Position numbers and translations under genes: made by a program
From: Negaprion brevirostris
Lineage: Eukaryota
DNA: 64,000 bases
NCBI GenBank assembly: GCA_030324005.1
Contig: JARDVH010000042.1
Location: 88,906,692 to 88,970,691 of the forward strand
Direction of reading: 5' to 3'
Notes under the pieces: generated by a model
Told to the model about the DNA's origin: nothing
The model's database searches: none
The model's input: only the letters and a program-made list of their open reading frames with translations
Part shown: in pieces, positions 35,851 through 50,264 of the stretch
Layout of the letters: every line of letters begins with the position of its first letter
How positions within the stretch are numbered: the stretch's first letter is position 1

Positions 35851-37454
35851 AATAAATATTTTTAATGGTGAAAGAACGAGAATTGGGTTACGTTCACTGA
35901 TTTAAATTCACTAAGCAAATGGGTCCATTAAAATAAGAAAGTAATAATAATGTGTTAATACTTACATAACTGAATTTCAATGCTTCCTTACAGGTAAAGT
36001 TAGGTCTATTCATTAGGCAGTGAATTAACATTTCAGCAACATCTAAGACATTAACTAATGTGCACAAAGTAAGCCACTTTTAATCTTTAGTTTATCTTAA
36101 AGAAATAATAAGCAGACACCACATGTTGCATGACATGCAGCTGTTCAAAGGCTGGATATGATAATTTTCCAAAACACACAGATCATGTTGTGCGAACTGT
36201 ATCTGGTTCTCCTGCGTGAGGGAAAAGGAGTTGGGCTTAAAACACTTCACCTATAGTGGGGGTAACATGGAGACAGTGAGGGTGCCTGAAAAGAACTGAC
36301 CTGACATTCAGGGCAGGGCAGTGCAACTTCATCTTTCACTTTATATCACACCACATCCCTCTCTTCACCCACCATTTTTTAAGAACAGCACTCGAAAGGG
36401 TTTAATTGGTATTGTATTTGAATTTTTGTGCACTGTCTCATGACACTGATATGATGATATCCTGTCCAACATGTATAATATGTTTATAACTATTTCCTGT
36501 AGTTTGAATTTGACCTGGAAAATTGCATAAGAGTTAATTTTACTATTAATGTACAAATATCTTGAATATTCTGGATTGTCCAGTAGAGGTATAACTTTGT
36601 GCATCAGATTCACTCTCAGGAACCTCCACAAGGTCAACCTCTGAATGAAATGACACTGGAAGTTGGTGTCTGGTTGCAAAGCAGTGCAGTCAGCAGATTA
36701 ACTGCAGAGCCAACAGGATCAGCTAACTATTCCAACTCAACATTCATATTCTGCAAGGATGAAAGGTTGTAGTGCAGCTGCTGTGAGGCAGACTAAATGG
36801 CATCTCTAACACCTGCTGAGAAATGATTCCTCAAGCAAAAGTCTCTCTCTCAGGCTGAGTGTTTCAATAAGGCGAGGGTTGTGGATGGAGGAGAGTTTCG
36901 GTGAACTCAGTCTTTTGTAATCTGGTCATGTGGAGAGAAATGGAATTAACTGCATGTGTACTGTCCCCTGAAGATTTCTTTTATAAATTTGCTTTTCACT
37001 ACTTCGCTGTTATTGAGACAATTGAAAATAAATACTCTGCCTTTAGTCTTGTTTGTAGCAAATATTATGATCCTCATAGAGACTGATAACTTTTCAGGAG
37101 ATATTTGAACTTCCAGTGGTCAACTGATAGGATCATATGACAAAGGCTTTTACTCTAACAAGCAAACTAAAAGCATCCTTGACTAAACACTTTATTGTAT
37201 GTTGAATTATAAACTGTAGAAAAGAAATTCCCATTTAACACAATCAGAAATCTTCTGCTGCAGTTACGTGGCCCTCAAGTGGACACTTCATTCTCTCTAG
37301 AAACCAGTCCTTAGTTATTTTGAGCTTGCTCGCTTTCTTTTGCCTTTCCCAGCAGGTTAATCTATAATCCCAGAATTTGCTTGCATTGTGAAAGCTACAC
37401 AGGAATGTCTCTTCCCTCTAGCCTCACCTAGGTGAATATTCCAGCTTCTGGCAT

Positions 37455-38512
37455 GATGGCACAGTGGTGCCATCATGCCAGAATCTGGCCTCAGTTGACT
37501 GTCTGTATAGAACACAAGAACTAGGAGCAGGAGTAGACCATCTGGCCCCTCGAGCCTGCTCCGCCATTCAACAAGATCATGGCTGATCTTTTAGTGGACT
37601 CAGCTCCACTTACCCGCCCGCTCACCATAACCCTTANNNNNNNNNNNNNNNNNNNNNNNNTCTTTCCTTGCCTTAAAAACATTCAATAAGAGAGCCTCAA
37701 CTGCTTCACTGAACTGATTCACAACCCTTTGTGTGAAGTTCCTCAACTCAGTCCTAAATCTTCTTCCCCTTATTTTGAGGCTGTGCCCTCTAATTCTAGT
37801 TTCACCTCCCAGTGGAAACAATTTCCTTGCTTCTATCTTATCTATTCCCTTCATAATCTTGTATGTTGCTATAAGATCTCCCCTCATTGTTCTGAATCCT
37901 AATGAATATAGCCCCAGTCTACTTGGTCTCTCCTCTTGAGCCAGTCCTCTCAACTCAGGAATCAACCTAGTGAATCTCCTCTGCACCCTCTCCAGTGCTA
38001 GTATATCCTTTCTCAAGTAAGGACACCAAAACTGTACACAGTACTCTGGATGTGGCCTCACCACCTTATACAGCTGCAACATAAACTAGCTGTTTTTAAG
38101 CTCCATCCCTCTAGCAACGAAGGACAAAATTCCATTCGCTTTCTTAATTGCCTGCTGCACCTACAAACCAACTCCTTGAGATTTCTGCACAAGGACACCT
38201 AGGTCTTTTTGCACAGTAGCATGCTGCAATTTTTTACCATTTTAAATAATAGTCCATTTGCTGTTATTCCTACCAAAATGTTTGCATGTTCTCCCCGTGT
38301 CTACGTGAATTTCATCTGATTGCTCTGGTTTCCTCCCACAGTCCAAAGGTGTGCAGGTTAAGTGGATTGATCATGCTAAATTGCCCCTTAGTGTCAGGGG
38401 GATTAACAAGGTAAATATGTGGAGTTGTGGGAATAGGACCTGGAATTGCTGTCAGTGCAGGCTTGATGAGTTGATTGGCTTCCTTCTGCACTGTAGGGAT
38501 ACTATGATTCTA
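37455..38512 (+). mobile_element. HE1-like SINE split by an antisense CR1
   Basis: gactgtctgtataga (to ~37511) resumes as gtttgcatgttctccccgtg at 38280. Confidence 0.8.
37510..38280 (-). mobile_element. 5'-truncated CR1 LINE
   Basis: 160-aa ORF MLQLYKVVRPHPEYCVQFWCPYLRKDILALERVQRRFTRLIP...; tail ctactcctgctcctagttcttgtgttct on minus. Confidence 0.95.
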
Positions 38513-41169
38513 AATCTTCTCAAACTAGGTCTCTTCAATCAGAGTGTGAGTTCCCACCCACATTATACATGGTGATCTTGAGATTGAGTAATTTCCCTGC
38601 TTCGGTTGTATGACTGGCTTTGTCTATCTGCCGCTCTCTGTATCTCAGATGACAACAGACTGCGAATTTGTGATGTAATAGAAAAGCCACAACTTGATAT
38701 CTCAATAGCTTTCTTTTTTTTTCCTTCCTAAAATCTTCATAGCAATGTGAATCACATGGGTGATATATTCTGGTAGAAATACTGATTAGCCACCTTTCAG
38801 ACACATACCTCAGAATTAGATAGTTTGAAGAATAACTGCCAGTAAAGTCTGATAGTCATGAGACAGCACTGAGAGGCTTGGAGGCTAGTCTACCCACAGA
38901 TAGTACAATGTCTCCATTGTCTACGCGTGTGAACATCTTGGACCTTCTTCCCAGTAAAATGACTTGAGCCCCAACTTTAATCCTTAACCATGCTACCCAG
39001 GCTTGTTATTGGACAGAATTCAGGGCAAGTCACATGACCCCCTTTCATTCCTCCAATTTACCTGGAATTAAAAGAGACAGTCCCAAAACATACTAATACC
39101 AGGTTTAAGATTGTTAACACAAATCTGTTGAATATTGTAAATGGATTACTGAAGATGTGTTCAGGTTTGAACATATTTGTACCAGCAAATTGTCATTAAA
39201 GAGAATTTTGCTCCTGCATCGAATTGTTCCAATAATTCTATAAAGTGTATTAGAAAACGTATACTTGAGCCATGCTTCATAATGCAAGTGACTCTTTTCT
39301 GGCCCATTTTTCTGGAGATCATTAAGGGCATGAAGAATTTTTCTGAATGTGGAAAATACCATTTTCTTTTCAGAAAATGTTGGAAATTTTGCAATTTCGG
39401 AATAATTTGAGAAACATTACAAGTTCTGTTGATGGTCTTACTACCTGTCCAGTGCTGTTTGAGGATGAAGTTCACCATGTTTTCTATGGATGTTTGATAA
39501 ATCATTGACAATTCAACATGAGATCCTCTTTGGGATAGAATCCCTATGTTTGATTATTACTAAGTAATTTACCTAGCCTTGATTTTGTGTTAAGTGCATT
39601 ACCTCAATGTAACTGAACATTGCACAAGGGACAATGGTCAGGTGCTAATTTATATCGCCTGCAAAAACTGCTAATAGACACAGAACTATTGTGTAACAAT
39701 TGCACAAACAAATGGGCAGCCTGCGTGTGCTTGCCTACTTTTCTCGCAGGGTGACAGCTGTTTTTAAAGATTGGCCCCAGTGTGCCATGTACCCTGATTG
39801 TTCCATGCAAACAAAAAGCATTTATTATGTGGTAAACACTGCTACACACCACCTGCCAGTACCGATGATCTAAAACCATACCTGCAGCAAGTGGGTAGAA
39901 TTCCTCCTAATCATTTCTTTATTCTGTAGATTAAAGCTGAGGAAAGCATTTCAGCTTTCAGTCAACTAATTTGGCTGCTGTTAATGGAATAAGGTTTATA
40001 AAGATAGATTGATTCCAGTTTCTTTGAGACAAATCAGATGTGGTGGACAGTACCCATGCAGAAGGGTACTTGTAGCAAATAACACCAATGAAAGCAACAT
40101 TGATGAATTTCTGAAGGCAATTATTTTGGGCCTGTTCAAATGGTGATGGGAATAAGGATTTTGAGAGTATAAAGTTTTCTGTTTTGTCTAAAATATNNNN
40201 NNNNNNNNNNNNNNNNNNNNNNNNNNNNNNNNNNNNNNNNNNNNNNNNNNNNNNNNNNNNNNNNNNNNNNNNNNNNNNNNNNNNNNNNTAAAATAAATAG
40301 CCTCAGTGGAGAGAATCTTACCAATAAAATGGCAGAGTGTTTCTTCCGGCGAGAAAACTGGTATGTTTCTCTCCAGAGAGCACATCGGTTTCCTCTCCAA
40401 ATTACTAAAAAAAAATCAAGGGGATGTACCCGGCTGCATTGAGATCCGGGTGTCAGCTTTAAAGGGTGTTCTGATCATTAACAGAGATAAATCTTTGACC
40501 TTGATCCACTCTCACTCCCCCACAACCCACCACGAAGTTCTTGGGGCTCCCCTCCCACTCATAATCAGAGTTGGCCCTTCTCTTCTTCCTGCCTGCCCAT
40601 CACTCTACTTCCCCTTCCCCCTTACTTGGAACCAGCACCCTCCCCATTGCTGGCATCCCCTTCTACATCCACTCCCAGCTCACAACTATACTTGAATCAA
40701 ACCCAACCTCCTCCCAGTAAGGCTCACACTGGGGCCTGCCCCGAGGCACAGGTTGGCATGGAGGGATGTCGTGGAGATAATGCTCACTAATGACATGCCA
40801 GTGTAATAAAAAGAGCTTTCCTGGGGCCCCAACGCATGTTCCATGCCCCTCCAAAGGTGAGGGAGCATGATTCTGAGTCTTGGCAGATTTTGGATATGCC
40901 ACCGTTCCTGTAGGCGATCAAAATTGTGGAAAGAATAGGCTGGAAAGAGTGGCTTGAGCTTTTTTAAAAACTTACAATTCCAAATTTTTCAAAATTATTT
41001 TCGTTTCTGCACTCTGGTATTTTTACCCATGTATCTCGATTTACTTTTCAAACCACGCTTCAGTCAAATCATCAAATTTTATGGTCTTGACACCAGAGGC
41101 CTCATTAATCAATAGCAACTTCCAGTTCATGTCTTTCCTTTTGTGTTTGACATGCAAATCTTTAATGAT

Positions 41170-41360
41170 TTAAAATGTTACAGAATATGGGATATACAAA
41201 AGTTTCAGTGCAGAAGGGAGGCCATTCAGCCCATGTTGTCCCCGACCAGCAACTAGGAAAAAGTACTGGCTGCTCATTTTAATGCTATTATCCAGCGCCT
41301 GTTCTGTAGCTTTACAGGTTGCAGATCCTGGTACTGTCTTAAATGAGTTGAGCATTTTTG
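41170..41360 (-). mobile_element. CR1-type 3' tail
   Basis: cagtgcagaagggaggccattcagcccatgttgtccccgacc. Confidence 0.6.
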
Positions 41361-41764
41361 GTTGTTGTTTGAGTTGTATAAAATGTGTAACTGGATAGAT
41401 CTGCTGTGGAGAAAATTTAACATGGAATATATTATTGCACCTAAGAAAAACCAGCAGTGTATGTGCTGAACAAGCAGTATTAATTGAGTTTAGTGTGAAG
41501 TTAGACNNNNNNNNNNNATAGTTGACTTGATATTTGTATGTAGTCTGTATAAAGCAGCAATCAACAAATCAAACAAAGTGCTGAGCAATATAGGTTAAAA
41601 CCTCAAAGTGGAAACAAAAGTACCTAGAATATGAATACTCCTGTTATTAAAGTTGATAAGCATTCATAGTATGATGGCACATTATCTAATTGATCATTGT
41701 TCAACGATAGCAACAGTTTGGCACAGGAAGCAATCTAACCAAGCCTGATGCTGACCTTGTATGA

Positions 41765-42102
41765 AATCATTGAATGAATCATTGAGTCCTTACAATGCAG
41801 AAGGAGGCCATTTGGCCCATTGAGCCTACACCAACAATAATCCCACTCAAGCCCTATCCCCGTAACCCCACGTATTCACCCTGCTAATCCCCCGATGCTA
41901 AGCAGCAATTTAGCCTGGTCAATCCACCTAATCTTGCACATCTTTGGACCGTGGGAGGAAACTGGAGCACCTGGAGGAAATCCATGCAGACACTGGGAGC
42001 ATGTGCAAACTCCACACAGACAGTCATCCAAGGCTGGAATTGAACCTGGCTCCCTGGTGCTGTGATGTAGCAGTGCTAACGACTGTGACATCATGCCGCC
42101 AT
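41765..42102 (-). mobile_element. Full-length HE1-like V-SINE
   Basis: Tail, V-domain (ggaaactggagcacctggaggaaatccatgcagaca) and tRNA head (gaattgaacc...gtgctaac...tgccgcc) all on minus. Confidence 0.92.
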
Positions 42103-44534
42103 ATACATTCTCCAACAAGGAGTAATGTGGTGACCAAAGAATAATCAGAAGCACCAATAGTTTCTAGCTTAGTTGGACCTCTACAACTGCCCAGAAAATT
42201 GAGTCAACCATTGACTTTCCTGTTTAGCGTGGGTCTATGCATGGTATGCTTTGCTACTGACTCAGCAAAATAAATGTGTTTTATCAGTTATTATTTTTTC
42301 TGTTTAAAAGCACAATATAGCAATGAAATTTTAATTCTTCTCTTGCGTTCTTCTGCTTCATAGTAGCAAAACAGTATTAAAAAAGCTAGATTGATTATAC
42401 CTTTGAGCGATAGGTTTGTCTTTGGAGAAATTAATTTCTCCATTCCAATTACAATTTACAGAAATGAATTTTAATATGTCTTAATGGCATTTGTAGACAT
42501 TGAAATGGTATTGACAGAATAATCATAAGGGGGTGCATATGGAAACAGGTATTACTATTTCAATCCTATTAAATTCTGCAATCAGTATTTCAGTACACAG
42601 AGTAATATTTGAAGCCAGTGAGGGTTTTGGAGAATGGAGATTAGATTTCCGTAGGATCAATATCTATTATCCTTAGCTGGCTATTTATAGACTGATTCAG
42701 TTAGAAATGCCTTGTTGCATAACTGTGTATGTGTGTGTTTTAGATGAGCTGGCTGAAGCTGCTTTTTTAAGTTTAAATTCAATAACAGTAGGGTATAGAA
42801 TAATTTTTTTATGATTGTGCATTTGTGTAACATTAGAGATGAGACGAAGGGGAACTGAAATACACAAAGATACTAGCTCGGAAGCATTGTAAGATGATAC
42901 AGGTTCACAGTTTCATTTTGAGAAGTACCTGATACAATTTTAATTTTTCTTCTTTATATTTGTATAACTTCTGATTTTGGACAGAGGCAGTCACTCTAAT
43001 GCAGCCAGACAGTTGGCAAGAAGGTAGCAGTGAGTGAAGACCCCCAGTACTTGTTGCAATACAACCTGTTCTATCAGCCAGGACTTGCAGCACAGGATAG
43101 CATGCAAGGCATCTGCCATTGAGTGATCTGAAGGATACATGGGAAGAGAGTAGAGTCCAATGCTCTTCCTTTCAGCTTTTAATGAAGAAATATCAGCAAA
43201 TAAATAAATACTAGCTCATCAGTGGTAGTGAATTATTGCAGTTTGTGTGTGTGAAAGATGTGTAACTCATTAGCACCTCGGGTGCAAGTGAAGTATAATT
43301 GACTTCTACTTGAGAGATATTTCAATGGCATCCTTGCTGATCTATTTTCTGTCTAGTGCATTGGCAAGAATACTGAACACAACTCTCTTTATAGTTATGA
43401 AAGATACTTTTTCTTTTTAGTTTATGATTGGTTAGAACCAATCACACCTACAAGGGTATTTATTCCCAGGACTTGGCCATTGCTGCCCAGCATCTGGCAG
43501 TTAGAATATGTCCAAAGGTGATGCAGGATGATTCCAGTTCTAGTTTCCTTTCCCATCTTCTCTCTGGGGAGATGCATTCCTGGTCCATGAGTTCCTTCCA
43601 ATTACCCTTCAGTTATAGGGCAGCTGGAGAAATGTATTAAATGTTGCTTTGCCAATGTTGCTAATGTCATATAAAAGGGTAATTTCATCAAGGTCTTTGT
43701 GTCAGAAATTTCAGGCTGAGCAATAATTCTCTGGTACAACTTCTGTGGGCTGTTCTACACAAACCTTCTCAAACTATGCTTGAACACTTCTGAGGTCCTG
43801 TAAACTGAGTGTTTTTGCAAGCATGATTTGCTGTCCTTAATTCTGACATGGGTGAATTTCTGAATACTTAAGCAGTCAGATTGTCAAACATAATTACAGA
43901 ATAACGCAGTTTATAAAGGTGCAAGGACACATCATCCAGTCCACTTTATTAGCTGTAGCAAATTTTGATTCAGGATCTTCATTCCTGCAAAAAAAAACAA
44001 AAGCCCTGTTCTCTTGATTAAATCTGTAATTGATTAATTTTTCCTTAGAATGCTTTGACAATCAATATGAAGTGTATTAGATGGAAAGATATTCCATAGG
44101 TATAGTCTGTTCCATGAGTGAAGTGGCCTGTACGTGAAGCAATTATTCTTTATTCTAAACTTAGTTCATTGCTCTTTTTCTCTTTCTCTCTCTCTTTATA
44201 AAGCTGTCCTCTGGTTATTCTACTGATTTTTAACAAAACATTAAATCGTAATTCCCATTGTTATTTAAAAATATTGGGGGACAGGCAGCACAATGGGTCA
44301 AACATTGTCATTTCAGATCTGGGACCAATGATGGTCTCCATTAACTGCTGTCTATAAGGATCGCCTACAAAAATGAACTCGGCCTAGTTACAAATGAGAG
44401 GAAGCATATAGCTCATTCTTGCACTCGACTTGCTACTAAATTGCCAAACTCATTTAGAGGCCATGATGTTCATGGGTAAAAATGGGAAAATGCCACAAGG
44501 ATGAGTAAAGGTTGTTCTTTTGAGATTGGATCGA

Positions 44535-44680
44535 GATATGCAGGTTCGGTAGGTTGGCCACGGTAAATTGACCCTTAATGTCGGAGTCAGCAGGATAAAT
44601 ATGTGGGATTATAGGATGTGGCCTGGGTGGGATTGATGGGCTGAATGGTCTCCTTCTGCTCCAAAGGGATTCTATGAATG
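44535..44680 (+). mobile_element. HE1-like SINE 3' half
   Basis: gatatgcaggttcggtaggttggccacggtaaattgacccttaatgtc...gggattctatga. Confidence 0.8.
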
Positions 44681-45644
44681 ATTCTTTATTAATTATGGTA
44701 TAGTTAACATGGAAGTAGTTCTTGCTGGTAGCAATGGTCCAATGTTATTCTACATTCTGCTTAATGAGCACAAAAATTCAAAACTGCAGAAGAGTAAATG
44801 AAAAGAATTGAATAATGACCTGTTTAATCTTATATCAAGGATATCCTTATGCAGTGAAAACAATGAGTAGGCTCAATGCATACTACAGACTGCATAACAC
44901 ATTTCCATGAATTATTTTTAACCAGATTCATTATTCTCAAATAAACTGTTTATTTTATTCTGGTTTACTGTGATGATATCAGAGTATAATGCTGCTTCTC
45001 TCTCTGTTTCCCCTCTCCTTTCTATGACTGAAATCTTTGGCCTCAAATTCTGTGACTCCAAAGGACATGGAGTTAAAGCAAAGCATGGTGGAGGATAGCA
45101 GAATCTGAAGCGAATATGTTTCTGCATCTAGCCTTCCCTGTGAAGGAAAATCCTAATGGAAGTGGGGGAGATTCTTGAATTTGTTGGAAAACACTGAGCA
45201 GACTCAGGAATTAAAAACTTAATTTAGAATAGTTTGATGCGACTTCCAAAAGACTGACTTCAAAAACTGTTGGAAACTGCTTGGTAACCTACTGTTTTGG
45301 CCACGAAGCAGCACATGGCAAAGTGTACCTAAATGAGAGAGGTGGGCCTGAATTTTCATCTGTGAGTCAGTTGCACAGAGTCAGGACAATTTCTAGCTCC
45401 TCAAACCTGATGTTTAAAAATATCTGCCATTTATGGCAGAATTTTGATTCAGAAGATCACGTTGGGGCAGGCAAACCCAGGGGTAGTGAGGGATCGGAGG
45501 CAGACATGGCATAGGCTGGGCAGTTTGGGCGCATATAAAAAGTGCACCTTCAGGAAGTCCCATTTGAGAAGTTGATTGTCAATGATTAAATTTCTTGGGG
45601 CTTGGGGCTTGTCAGGTGTGTAGCAAAGCTGCAAGAGTTGTCCA

Positions 45645-45950
45645 TATGCCATAGCATTCATACAGGAGGACACCATTCATCATATCGAGTCTGCACCAAT
45701 TCTCTGAAGAGGCATCTTACCCAGGTCCAACCCCTGGTCCTATCACTGTAAACCCACACATTTATCATGGCTAATCCATTTAATCTACACATCTTTGGAC
45801 ACCAACGGGCAGTTTAGCATGGACAATCCAGCTAAGCTGTGCATTTTTAGATTGTGGGAGGAAACTGCAGACACAGACAGTCACCCAAAGCCAGAATCAA
45901 ACTCAGGTTCCTGGTGCTGTGAGGCAGCAGTGCTAACTGTGCTACTGTGC
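45645..45950 (-). mobile_element. HE1-like V-SINE
   Basis: tttagcatggacaatccagctaagc...cacagacagtcaccc...ccctggtgctgtgaggcagcagtgctaac-like head. Confidence 0.85.
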
Positions 45951-46324
45951 AACCCTTGGAACCATGCTGACCCTGGAAAAGAAGGCCCATCCTGGCTTTT
46001 CCCTATGGGAGATTTGCCTTTGCTGCCTAATCATGGTGTACTTTACTGAACAACTCAAAGTTTGGTGTGGATTCTCAGGACAGTCGTGGAGATGGCATCA
46101 TTCTGTCCCACTAACTGTTACACATTCTATAGTGATGCAGTAGAATGATAACAGTGCTATGCTCATTATCACATCTGGCAGGATTACCTATGCTTTTGGT
46201 CCTTGATCAAGTCGCTCACAGCTGTACACTGTTGCAGCATAACTGTGTGCGAAAGTGGCAATAAACCAATTGGGCTGTCAGTGGTCATGGAGCACAGCAT
46301 GCCATCTTGGAGTCACAGCCACAT

Positions 46325-47405
46325 GGCATACATTGCAGCCCATGGTGTTTTGAGGCAAGGTATTTGCGTGCATAGAAGATTGGCTGACTGGTAAAAGGCA
46401 GAGAGTGAGGATAGACAGTCCTTTTCAGCATGGCAGCAGATGACCAGTGAAGATCTGTGTTGGGTCCAGAACTTTATATATTGTTGATCTAGATCAAGGA
46501 ACTTAAGGCATTATGGCTAAGTTTGCAAATGATACAAAGACAGACGGAGGGACATGTAGTATTGAGGAAGTGGGGAGGCTGCAGAAGGACTTGGACAGGT
46601 TAGGAGGGTGGGCAAAGAAGTGGCAAATGGAATACAACATGGGAANNNNNNNNNNNNNNNNNNNNNNNNNNNNNNNNNNNNNNNNNNNNNNNNNNNNNNN
46701 NNNNNNNNNNNNNNNNNNNNNNNNNNNNNNNNNNNNNNNNNNNNNNNNNNNNNNNNNNNNNNNNNNNNNNNNNNNNNNNNNNNNNNNNNNNNNNNNNNNN
46801 NNNNNNNNNATGAAAAACAGGGCTGTTCTGCTGAGGCTTTATAACGCTCTGGTAAGACCACATTTAGAATATTGTGAGCAATTTTGGGCCTTGTATTAAG
46901 GAAGATATGCTGGCCTTAGAGACCGTCCAGAGGAGGTTCACAAGAATGATTCTGGGAATGAAAAGCTTGACGTATGAGGGGTGTCTGTGGACTTTGGGTC
47001 TGTATTTAATGGAGCTTAGAAGGATGAGGGGGGATCTCATTGAAACTTGCAGAGTATTGAAAGGCCTGAATGGAGTGGATGTGGGGAAGATGTTTCCATT
47101 AGTAGGCGAGACTAGGATCCAAGAGCACAGTCTCAGAGTAAAGGGACAACTCTTAGAATCGAGATGAGGAGGAATTTCTTCAGCAAGAATCCATACAATT
47201 CATTGCCACGGAAGGCTGTGGAAGTCGCGTCATTGAGTGTGTTTAAGACAGATGCAGATAGGTTCTTGATTGGTAAGGGAATCAAAGGCTACAGGGAAAA
47301 GACTGGAGAATGGGTTGAGAAACTAATCAGTCATGATTGAATAGCAGAGCAGACTTAATTAGCCAAATGGCCTAATTCTGCTCCTATAATCTTTTGATCT
47401 TCTGA
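46325..47405 (+). mobile_element. 5'-truncated CR1 LINE (gapped)
   Basis: MAKFANDTK...LQKDLDRLGGWAKKWQMEYN; LYNALVRPHLEYCEQFW; tail ggcctaattctgctcctat. Confidence 0.92.
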
Positions 47406-50264
47406 TCTTATATGGTGAAAATGGTGAGCACACAAAAGGGAATCTGAGCATTGTATTCTGGCTCACAATACTTTTTGGTATCTTCTCTACCCTGCTGACA
47501 TCAAAATTGACCTGCCACAGCCAATAAGGCCTGGATTCAACTTGCAGCTGCAGTAAGTACTGCAGGAGGTCATGAGCATTCTTCAATCCAATGACTGAAA
47601 AGTGACCTGCTGTGTTCCAGCAAGGTGAGAAATTTGCCTCATCCACATCGAGCTTCAAGAGCAGGGTCATATCTGTATGCTGCAGCAGAGAATGGAAGAC
47701 TTGGCACAGAGCTCTGCTTCACCCTTCAGGCTTGTATGTGTACACGGTTCAGATAGGTGAGTGATTGAGGCACTAGAAGCTAATTTTTCAAATGCTGATT
47801 TGCCTGCAATACTCGAGGTGACAATGTGGCTGCTGTTGTAGTTACTCTGCCTCTGTTTATAGGCTACTAAAGAGGCTTATTATCCAGATTCTTAGGGAGT
47901 AGCCCTTGTAATTTAGAAGCCAGTCACAGATCTGCCATCGTGTTAAAATAGTTTGAAACTCATTAGTACAAAGAAATTATGGCAGCTGCCAGAGAACAAA
48001 AGAATGAAGATCTTGTTGTGGTCACAAAACACCTTGGCACTAAGTGAGTGAAAGCATTATCTGTTGACCAAGATGTCTGTCCACAGACTGAGTTGGGACC
48101 TTTGAGGCAACATCAATCTGTAACACCCTGCATCTAAGGGAAGCCTGCTAATTGGACAAAGATCTTGGCTGTCTGTGTCTGAGGTGTCAAATCAACAGCG
48201 AAATTAATGTGATCTCACACTATCAAAAAGAGCTGTACTGCTGACTGGAATCAGCCAGCCATATCCCCTGCTGAGCCCTGGAAAAGTCCTGAGGCAAAGA
48301 AATTGAGATTGACGGTTATCTTCACAGGGCATGGGGTTGATGGATTGCTGCTGGACCCTGCAACATGTGTCACCACCTCATGGCTTAGCTTCAGTCGCCT
48401 TCAGCGCTTGTTCTCCTTCGTGTTGGGGTAGGATGTCCCAGGTCTATACACTCATCCTTCCTGCTACACTGTCAACAGCCTGACACTCTAGCTTCCAGCT
48501 GCTCATGGTGACAAGCTGCTATTGTGCCTGTGCGAGCGTGCCCTGCCAATCCTCTATGAGAAATGCACAAAGTTCAAACTGGTTGTTGCCAGGTCTACAT
48601 ACTTCGGGTGTCACACTCCGAGGCCAACAAAATCTGACTGGAGTGGATGATTTAAATGGCCAACTGTCTCCATGAACTATGTGCACAAAATGTACTGTTG
48701 TTGACTATTAACCCTGTACAGTTGATTGTGACCTGATAGTTAATTGGATTCGAGGAAAGGAAGTTTGACATTTTGACCTCCATTGGGTGCATTAATGTAA
48801 GACAGAGATAAATGTGATTTTTACTGCCATCTCATTCTGCATGTGAAATCAAGGAAAATGTATGTAGTGCTGTTTTATGAATTATGATGCAGTCATGGTG
48901 AGATATGAATTAATGTTTCCACCAGAGTGAAATTGCTTTCACTTTTTAGTGGTAGAAAATCAGAAAGTAAATGAGAAGTGATGGAACTGAATAAAAGTGG
49001 AGAGAAATTAGAAACAACTGCAGTGTATCATGCAATGTAGCAAGGAGTTGTTTTAAGCAATGTGAATTGAATTGAAATGAGGCCTGGTTATACTTCCTGT
49101 GACACAAAAATTCTGATATCTTATGTCGTCTTTTTGGCAATGTGACATGGTTACATTTGATTTGAATTGAAATATTATATTTTGTATATCAATCAAGGTG
49201 ATGCCACTCATAATACAGCTGGTAAATGTACAGTTGGTATGTTTAGATCACTAACTGCAGTAAACATAAAATAATAGCCATTAGCAGTGAGTTATGAGAC
49301 TGAAACCTGATCAAAGGAATTCCAAAATTTTAATGTAGTTTGGAACATCACTAGAATTCTCTGATTTAAATCATCTTTGATGTGCTCATTGTATTTCTAC
49401 ATACACAAGCATACTTTGCATCATCCTGCTCCTGGTGCAGAGCTTTGTGCTTGGGAATCGGCACACTATGTCAAGATTTTCTGTCTTTTTTAATGGATGT
49501 AAAATCTTGTCATGCCAACTGACCTGCTCCTTGACTTCTCTCAGTATGAGCTGCCAGTATCTAACCGTTTGTACGTGGACAGGGGGTCCTGCACTGACCA
49601 TCACTTCAAAAGTTGTAAGTGCAATCTATGACAACATTTTATGGTATTTTCTTTCTTGCATCTTAGAAGCCCAGACCTAACTCTGCCACAAACAATCCCT
49701 TGACTAAGGGTAATGAGGCACTCTGTTGCATTCCCATATCTGCTGCTCATGAACCAGCTGGGAGATGGTATGTGACATCAGCCTGGGGGTGAATTCACTC
49801 CCGCATGTCTATAAAATACTATTCATGCATGATGAACTGGCCAGGTTTGTTCCGCTGGGCTATAATCTTCTGTACTCTGAACTCGGGGTCCTTCCTTTAT
49901 GATGGTTTGTCCCAGGTTGTCACTGCCAAGTCTTTGAATCTTCCAACTTTATACTGTTTCGGTTGATGATACTTGTTTGCCCACAGCAATCCCAGTGTTG
50001 AGGTCATTCTAGAGTCATGAAAACAGGACATATCTGTTCCATGGCTCCCTATCAATAGTAACCACAAAGGTCAAGTGACTCCTATTCCAGGGAACTGAAG
50101 TCTGGTTTCACTTCTCATTTGCTTCTTGCTGTAGACTGAACTGCAAACTCACCTTTTTTATAGTTCTGATATTTGTAAGGTTGATTATTTTCCCATCATG
50201 CTTTGAAGAAGACATACTGTTGTCCACATGACTACACTGCATGCGAGCATGATCGTTTGGATAT

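Noticed and set aside
44280-44520. LF-SINE-like fragment
   Set aside because: The similarity is too faint to call by eye
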